A stretch of DNA of 64,000 nt from Anthoceros angustus (Eukaryota > Plantae > Anthocerotophyta), in contig VJWM01000287.1 in the NCBI GenBank assembly GCA_010909165.1, forward strand, positions 63,175 through 127,174. The letters run 5' to 3'. The position numbers were made by a program, and so were the translations under genes. The notes below the pieces were generated by a model. It was not told the DNA's origin and did no database searches. It worked only from the letters and a program-made list of their open reading frames with translations. This document shows positions 60,960 through 64,000 of this stretch, piece by piece (position 1 is the stretch's first letter; each line of letters begins with the position of its first letter).

Positions 60960-61790
60960 CGAAAAACGAGATTTCGCCACTCATCCCCGTAGTTCAATCC
61001 ATCGTCATCACTTGGTCCAAATTTCCTCCATTGTCATCACTATCTTCAGCGACACTTTCACCGCAGTTGTATGAAGCGCAACTCGCAGAGCTTATCCCTT
61101 ATCGCTTTTTGTCCACCGCATACATGTTTCCGATGCTCAACACAAACCCATAATACAGTGATGACTGCTTCATCTACAAATACCTCTCAGATGTTTTTAG
61201 GTAATGGATCTTATTCCCTTTTTCCCAAGATTGGACCGATGGGTTACCACCGCGACTATGTGTTCCCATATCTCCTTCATACGCATCTATGTGCTCGGTC
61301 CGATACTAGTGGATAAGAAAGTGAGGTCGTGGTGCGTTTAGCTTCAATGACCTCCCAATCCGAGAATGGCTGTTATGCATGTCCGTATTGCGGCCTTTGC
61401 CGGAAACATCCCTCTCGGTTCCGTTATGTCCCCATTCATCGTGCCATTTCCATGATTGCCTTCCCGCATTTTGATATGCCCCCAAATACATATCACGTGG
61501 GAGGTCCCTCAATAATGCCTCATCTAGCAAAGCTTCATCGGCACTTGAAGTGGTCAGTGTATGATCCACTTACGCGTGAAAACCACTTCCAAGGACGTAG
61601 CACTAGCCCAATGTTATTCTCCACAATGATAGCAATCTCCTTCCGGTCCAGCTTCCCACCACTTATACTCTTCAGCGTCACCTATGGATGCAAATCTTTT
61701 AACCCTTCACCGCAAATGGGCCACACCTTCCATCGGTGATAGGATACACCGTTCCTTCTTGTCCCCTAGCTTCACCTATGCATGGGATGG
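60960..61790 (-). pseudogene. C-terminal part of a DUF7869-type transposase
   Basis: MEGVAHLR, AEEYKWW, EIAIIVENNIGLVL..WKWF, LPRDMYLG and RIG...HW..EHIDAYEG match LEGVDHLR, AEEGEWW, EIATIVDNNIGLVL..WKWY and RIAK..HWWSEHTDAYEG at 33660-34140. Confidence 0.7.
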
Positions 61791-61794
61791 TGCT

Positions 61795-62150
61795 AAGGGA
61801 GGCGCCGTCGCGCCCTCCCCATGCCACTGCTCATGGGCGCCCGTGCGGCGCGCCTCCCCTAACACCACCGCCCATGGGCGGTAGGCAGTGCCTCCCCTAA
61901 CACACCTACCCATGGGCCGGTGGCCCTAACACGCCACCTGCCCATGGGCGGTGGCGCCCTCCCCTGCCCATGGGCGCCACGTCCTCCTAACACCGCCCAT
62001 GGGCGCCCGTGAGGCGCCCTCCTAGCACCACCACATGGGCGGTGGCGCCACGCCGTCCTTGGGCGCCCGGCCCTAACACGCCATGCCTTGCCCATGGGCC
62101 GGCCGGTGCGCCCTCCCCTAACACACCCTACCCATGGCGAAGCCCGGCCG
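61795..62150. repeat. GC-rich degenerate minisatellite with palindromic core
   Basis: Repeated (G)CCCATGGGC cores alternate with CCTCCCCTAACAC. Confidence 0.75.
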
Positions 62151-62229
62151 GCGGCTTCCTCCTCAAGGCATCTTCGGAAAATAAATATTTAGCGCCTCAA
62201 GTATATCAACCATGGATTGCGTGGCGCGG

Positions 62230-63500
62230 GGAAGGCAGCGGCGGGTGCGGGGGAAGCGGCGGATTGGGGCGGCACCGGATTGGGCCAGGCTAGCTGAGGC
62301 GAGGCTGGCGAAACGCAGGCGTCGGCGGATTCATGCTACGGCTGGTAGAAGCGGCGAGCAGGCGTGGGGCGGTCGGCGGTGGCTGCGGCTGGGGCTGCGA
62401 GCTCGAGCCGGCGGACCGCAGGCGTGGGGCAGTTCCCGATGGATTGCCAGCGGCCGGTTCATTGCTGCGGGTTGACGGCGAACGCGAGCGCGGGCGCCCT
62501 CGCGCCTCGGCTTCCGGGCGAGGCCGAGGCGGGCCCGGCTCCGAGTCCTTCCGCGCCCGCGGGCAATACGGCCTCCGGCTGGCCGGAGATGCGATCAGCA
62601 ACCCCGACTCGATCGCCCAGCGCTTCGCGTGCGTGCCCTTCGGGCTCGGCAAGCTAAAAACGTGACCGAGCCAAACCGCCCGGCTTTGAAACCTGACCGT
62701 GGTATAGCGCCTGCTTAGTAACCGCCCGACCAGCCCGGCGCGTTTCGCGGCCGTCAGGTTTTCAGTTTTGGTTTTGGCCGCCAGGCCCTGCGGTAGCGAG
62801 GCGGAGGCTCGCGCCAGCGCCAGCGGTCGGCCGTGGCGGCATGGCGCTGACCTCCTCGCTTGAGGCGCCCGCAAGCCTGGTAGCAGCGAGCAGGCGCCTC
62901 GGCCTCCGGCTCGGCCGAGGCCCGGCGCCAGTGAGCGACGGACCCGGGGGCCGGCCGCCTCGGAGCCCTGGGCCGTCTGGCTTGGCCGGTGGCCTTGCCA
63001 GCGTTGTGGCCGGAAATCGCAACCTCGAGGCGTCTGTGTGTGGTGAGCCAGCGCGCCCGGCAGGCAGCGGCGGCGGCCTCATTTGAGGCCGTGGGGCCGA
63101 GGCCTTGGCGCGGGCAGGCGGCAGCGGCGGCCGAGGCTCAGGCCGTCGGCCGGGGCGTCCGGCATCGCCGGGGCGGGAGGCCGACGGCTGCGTCTCGGCA
63201 TCCGCCTCCGGCCGGCGGGCGGGCGCCACCGGACTCCGGCCGGGGCGGTGGCGCCCTCCAGGCTCGGGCGAGCTCGAGGCCCGCGACGGGCGGTCCGGTC
63301 TCGAGGCCACGAAGGTGGCGATCGCTGGTGCGATGCAGGCGAGCAGGCGGTGAGGCCGAAGGCGTGGTGGCGGCGTGGCTTAGCGGCCCGGGGAGGTGCA
63401 GATTAAATTCACCCAAGGAACCATGGGCAGTGCGGCTTCCGGTGCAGGAGTTGGCCAGGCGGGGCGGGACGCCTAGGACTCGAGGCCAGGAGGCGGGCGG
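62230..63500. repeat. Very GC-rich, GGCC/CGGCCG-rich non-coding tract
   Basis: All six frames are open with R/A/G/P-only composition and no domain motif. Confidence 0.5.
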
Positions 63501-64000
63501 CTTGAGTTCGGGCGTGCCACGGTTCTCTTACCACCTTTCCCTCAACTTTGGCCGCCTTTTGTGGCGCGACTTTCGTGATGGGCGGTGACCTTTACAATCC
63601 CCGTGTCGTTGTGGTATGGGTCCGTTCCCAAAGAGAATAAGCTCCGTTTGCAGCGCTTGACCCGATTCTCACCTTTCTTGGTCCACTTCACCTTACCACC
63701 TGAGTCCTTTGCCATTCTGGAGGAATTTCGTGCGGTTGCCAACGTCTCGGTAGAGAGGAAGTCGCGGTGGTCGGAGTGCTTGGTGGAGGACTTGCTCCTG
63801 CAAGTGCCTAACGAGTTGCTCCCTTGTGAATGGTTCTTTGTGAAATTGCTTTGCTTTGGGTGTGTGGCAAATGCCGAGAACTCTCGGCTTGAGGGTAGAC
63901 TACAGGAAAGACTCCACGGAGGTTCATTGTCAGTGTCAAACTCATAGCAACCGGCCCAAGGAAGAACTTCTTTGGTGGAGGCCGACCCAGGCGGTTGTGC

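Overview
Eukaryotic nuclear DNA with spliceosomal GT-AG introns and GC3-rich genes. It most likely comes from a non-seed land plant (bryophyte- or fern-grade; inferred from gene content). No rRNA, tRNA or CRISPR array was seen. The first ~16 kb is gene-containing: a Mutator-like transposase remnant, a polyphenol oxidase pseudogene, an intact 6-exon gene for a predicted secreted PMEI-like / inactive-EG16 / active-EG16 fusion (622 aa), an intact 4-exon gene for an RPW8-like / U-box / TPR-like / SPRY protein (619 aa), and a thaumatin-like pseudogene. From ~17 kb onward the window is almost entirely mobile DNA. (i) A 13.3-kb TIR element (21811-35138; 30/33-nt TIRs, TACA target duplication) encodes a DUF7869-type (Sola-like) DDE transposase and, divergently, a ParB-like domain joined to a prokaryote-type beta-class N4/N6 DNA methyltransferase domain. 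(ii) Two diverged, oppositely oriented elements (~35979-43325 and ~46280-58792) encode Crypton/DUF3504-type tyrosine recombinases plus a conserved multi-exon gene of unknown function. (iii) Further fragments of the same transposase and ParB-like genes lie at 43.3-45.0 kb and 59.3-61.8 kb. The repetitive part is crowded with 0.5-1.9-kb tandem duplications whose copies differ by many 1-2-nt indels. It is probably an unpolished long-read consensus, so frameshifts in the TE genes may be sequencing errors rather than real lesions. All domain calls come from motif recognition by eye; no database search was run.
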